From Octopus sinensis (taxonomy: Eukaryota), in contig NC_042998.1 in NCBI RefSeq assembly GCF_006345805.1, positions 187,364,001-187,428,000 on the forward strand: a DNA stretch of 64,000 nt, in the 5' to 3' direction. Numbering within the stretch: the stretch's first letter is position 1; the number at the start of each line of letters is the position of its first letter. Under the pieces are notes generated by a model. It did not search any database. It was not told the DNA's origin and worked only from the letters and a program-made list of their open reading frames with translations. Shown here in pieces: positions 60,773 to 64,000 of this stretch. Made by a program: the position numbers and the translations under genes.

Positions 60773-63306
60773 CTGCAAGTGAAAAAAAAAAAAAGAAGAA
60801 GACAATTAGTCATCATTAGCATTGTATCTTAATTTTAATTTATATTATTTGAAACCGAGCCGACATTGAGTGAAATTTATTCATATCTTGTTGTTTAGCC
60901 CCAGGTCATGTCTGACCGAGCAAACTTATGATCAAAGGTATTCTAAACATAATCATCTCATCTTTTTTGTAGATTAAAGTTTATATTATCCAATGTTTTT
61001 AAAAATAATTTGTCAAAGGAGATTTAGTTGATATTTCAAGCAGTTTGTGCAACCTGTTTCTTTACAACCCACAAGGGGCTAAACACAAAGGGGACAAACA
61101 AGAACAAACGAATTAAGTCGGTTACATTGACCCCAGTGTGTAACTGGTACTTATTTAATCGACCCTGAAGGGATGAAAGACAAAGTCAACCTCGGCGGAA
61201 TTTGAACTCAGAATGCAGCGGCAGACGAAATACCGCTAAGCATTTTGCCCGGCGTACTAATGTTTCTACCAGCTCACCACCTTATGGTTTGTGCAACCAT
61301 GTAGAAACAGCGTGCATGCATGTGTATCTCTGTGTACATCTGTGTATGTGTACATGAATTGAATTGAAAGATAGAGGTATTTCAGGTCAAGACAATAAGA
61401 ATTCCAGTTGAGCCTTCACATTTATGAACATCTGCATAAACATTTTGATAGCCTTTAAACATTTTACTAGATCTGAGGATTTTAAAATCTTCCATCGATG
61501 AAAAATAAGCTTTACATAAAAGATAAGCGAGAGAAAAAGAACATTATTTACGGGGCAAATAATGTCTCGTATTTCCCCTGTATTTCATTGGAGTAAGATA
61601 TGTGTGAGTAAAACAATACCTAATATAATAGGATAAGGATTTGCTCTTTCACAAAATGCCTGAGTCTTGTTAGAACCTCAGAAGACAAGAGAGGCAGACA
61701 TGGCTGTATGGTTTTAGAAGGTTGCTTTGCAAGGTTTGGAGTCTTGTCCTGATTTCACTGCACAGTACCTTAGATATCTGCCTTTTATCAAAGCCTTGAA
61801 TTGATTAAAGCTCTGTGTAATATTCATTAGGGCATACATTGCCAAATGGATCTTTCGGAAACTACAATTACATAGAATACAGGTACTGAAATTTCTGAAG
61901 TAAAGTTGTTAGATATGAATGCATCATCTTCTTAATGGTTGCAAAAATAGGCCTATAGTTACTGCATCTCAGTTGTAACATTTTTGAATACTGGGATTAT
62001 TTTCATTATTTATAAACCTGTGGTGACTATTCTAGGTGAGAAGGATAAATTCAAGAACTGGAGAAGTTGTTTGCATATTGCTGCTATTATGTTAAACTGT
62101 CGTACATCCAAATTTGGCCAAATGCATTTTTTTCAGTATCTATTTTTGCTTGCAATAGCCAGTTCTTTTGGTCAAACTGTCATATCCCCAGCTGCTTCAG
62201 ATGGCAAGCTATGAAAAATTGTCAAAGTGTAGTACAACACTTTTGCTATGGAATGGTGAAACTATTTTTTTTTTTTTCATTTTCTGAAAAAGCAATGTTT
62301 TGGACTTACAACACTTTTGCATAATAGCAACGATATGTTCAGTTGAAGAATTTTTATGATTTCAACTTAACCAAAGAAACAGGCCGTTTCTTTGGTTAAC
62401 ATAATGCTACAGAAAACTGATTTAAATCCCAGCCCTATGTCTTATGGTTTATGAAAGGATTGCTTTGAGATAGTAAGAGCTACAGACATGGTTGATGGAC
62501 CATGCATTGCATATTTCCTTTCAATATTCAGAAAGTTTAAGGTGGTAAGCTGCCAGAATTGTTAACACACCAGGTAAAATGCTTAGTGGCATTTTGTTTG
62601 TCTTTACGTTCTGTGTTCAAATTCCACCAAAGTTGACTTTGCCTTTCATCTTTTCAGGGTAGATAAAATAAGTACCAGTTGATTATTGGGGTTGATGTAA
62701 TTGACTTGCCTGCTTCCCTAAAATTGCAGACCTTGAGCCAAAATTTGAAACCAATAATCAGAGAATTTATAGAACATTTAGCACAGAGTAGTAATAATCT
62801 TTCCATAAGCATAATTCATGAGCGAGTCTTTGGCAGCATTTGAATGTCATACAATATCTATTTCCTACAAATCTTTATGGTACAAAATTACAGTTGCCAT
62901 CAAAACTGCTTTTTCTCCCAGTAAGGCAACATTTTTTCCAACATCATTTTACAGTGATTAGCACATGGAGAGGTATCTAATCATTTGCGTGTCACAAGAG
63001 TTATAAACACTTTTGTATGCACGTTATTGAAAAACTCTCTACAGTCACAATGGTAATTGTTACAAGTGGAAGGTGAGGACTGCTAAAAAATTTTAAAAAT
63101 GCTAAATAAATATTGAGATAACAGCAGATTCCTAGATTTTAGGTCTTTGTGAACCAAGTTAAAACTGAATCTTTACACTATATTTTATTAACATTGAATA
63201 AGATAAACGTAAAGTAAATGAGTTTCTAACAATCACAGAATTATGTTGTAGGCCCAGGTCTACTTCATCTTAAAAGAAACAATGTTTTCTTGATAGATAT
63301 ATTTAA

Positions 63307-63527
63307 CCCTTTAGTGATCAGATTACTCTGTTAAATGTAATGCTTTTTTATTTAAATTGTTTTGAATTAATCATGCATTATGTTATAGCTTTGAGGTTTC
63401 AATCATGTGATTGTTTATTTTTAGAATGTCAATGTAGGTTAGGTGTGGGAGGCCAGATCTAGCCAGTTTGAATATAAAACATGTAGAATATATTGGGCCG
63501 GATTTGGCCAGTTTAAACACTAAAGGG
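63307..63527. mobile_element. piggyBac-type MITE (221 bp)
   Basis: TTAA|CCCTTTAGTG...CACTAAAGGG|TTAA. Related copies at about 17029-17247, 40767-41007, 52513-52700 and 52703-53295. Confidence 0.85.
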
Positions 63528-63631
63528 TTAAAGACAGACCAGAAGAACATATCATTACAATGACATTCAATGAAATGAAAGGATGATTAAAAATAAGCAA
63601 AGCACCGTGTTGTGGATGAGCCAATACTTAC

Positions 63632-63708
63632 CGTGATATAGTTGGCATTGATATAATCTGTGAAAGGGTCATCATCAATTACATCTAGTTGCACTCGGCT
63701 ATGGTCAA
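63632..63708 (-). CDS. PTP catalytic-domain exon: DHSRVQLDVIDDDPFTDYINANYIT
   Basis: tttttcaag acceptor and gtaagt donor on -, 77 nt, DHSRV and DYINANYI PTP motifs. Confidence 0.93.
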
Positions 63709-64000
63709 CTTGAAAAATGAATATAACATATATGAAACAACAAAGGGAGTACAGGGAGTGGTATAAATTTATAATCTCTAGGAACGTCTTTATTTTATGA
63801 CAGAAGGTCACTTGGGGTTTAAAGGATGAGTTTTGAATAAGCTAGAAACATATGTAAATTACTTCTAATAACAACTTAACTTCTAGATTTTCATATGTGT
63901 GTGCATGCATGTGTGTGTGCATGTGTGTGAGTGTGTGTGTGTAAATGTTTAGATGCCTACATCATCGTTTAACGTCCGCTCTCCATGCTAGCATGGGTTG

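Overview
AT-rich, repeat-dense animal genomic DNA. The SINE/LINE/microsatellite landscape suggests an octopus or other coleoid cephalopod (inference). Two multi-exon genes converge tail-to-tail. (1) On +, the 3' nine coding exons of a ceramide transfer protein gene (CERT1/COL4A3BP; middle region, FFAT motif, START domain; 9666-25381), with one probable GC-AG intron. The PH-domain exons were not found in the window. (2) On -, the last six exons of a protein tyrosine phosphatase with one visible catalytic domain (intact WPD, HCSAGVGRTG and Q-loop) and a long acidic tail (63708-51232). The rest is mobile DNA: three tRNA-derived SINE families, 5'-truncated RTE, CR1 and HERO-like LINE pieces, a dead mariner, non-autonomous Helitrons and MITEs. 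Most notable: two near-canonical type I hammerhead-ribozyme motifs (13261-13305 and 29990-30035, both -), the first just upstream of a tRNA-Gly-headed SINE-like unit; three further minimal hammerhead-like motifs in Penelope-type short repeats; an internally deleted piggyBac whose ends match a local ~220-bp MITE family; and inverted young SINEs bracketing the two PTP catalytic exons (288 nt, in frame). Most ORF-track entries are microsatellite or repeat artefacts. All calls were made by eye, without database searches.
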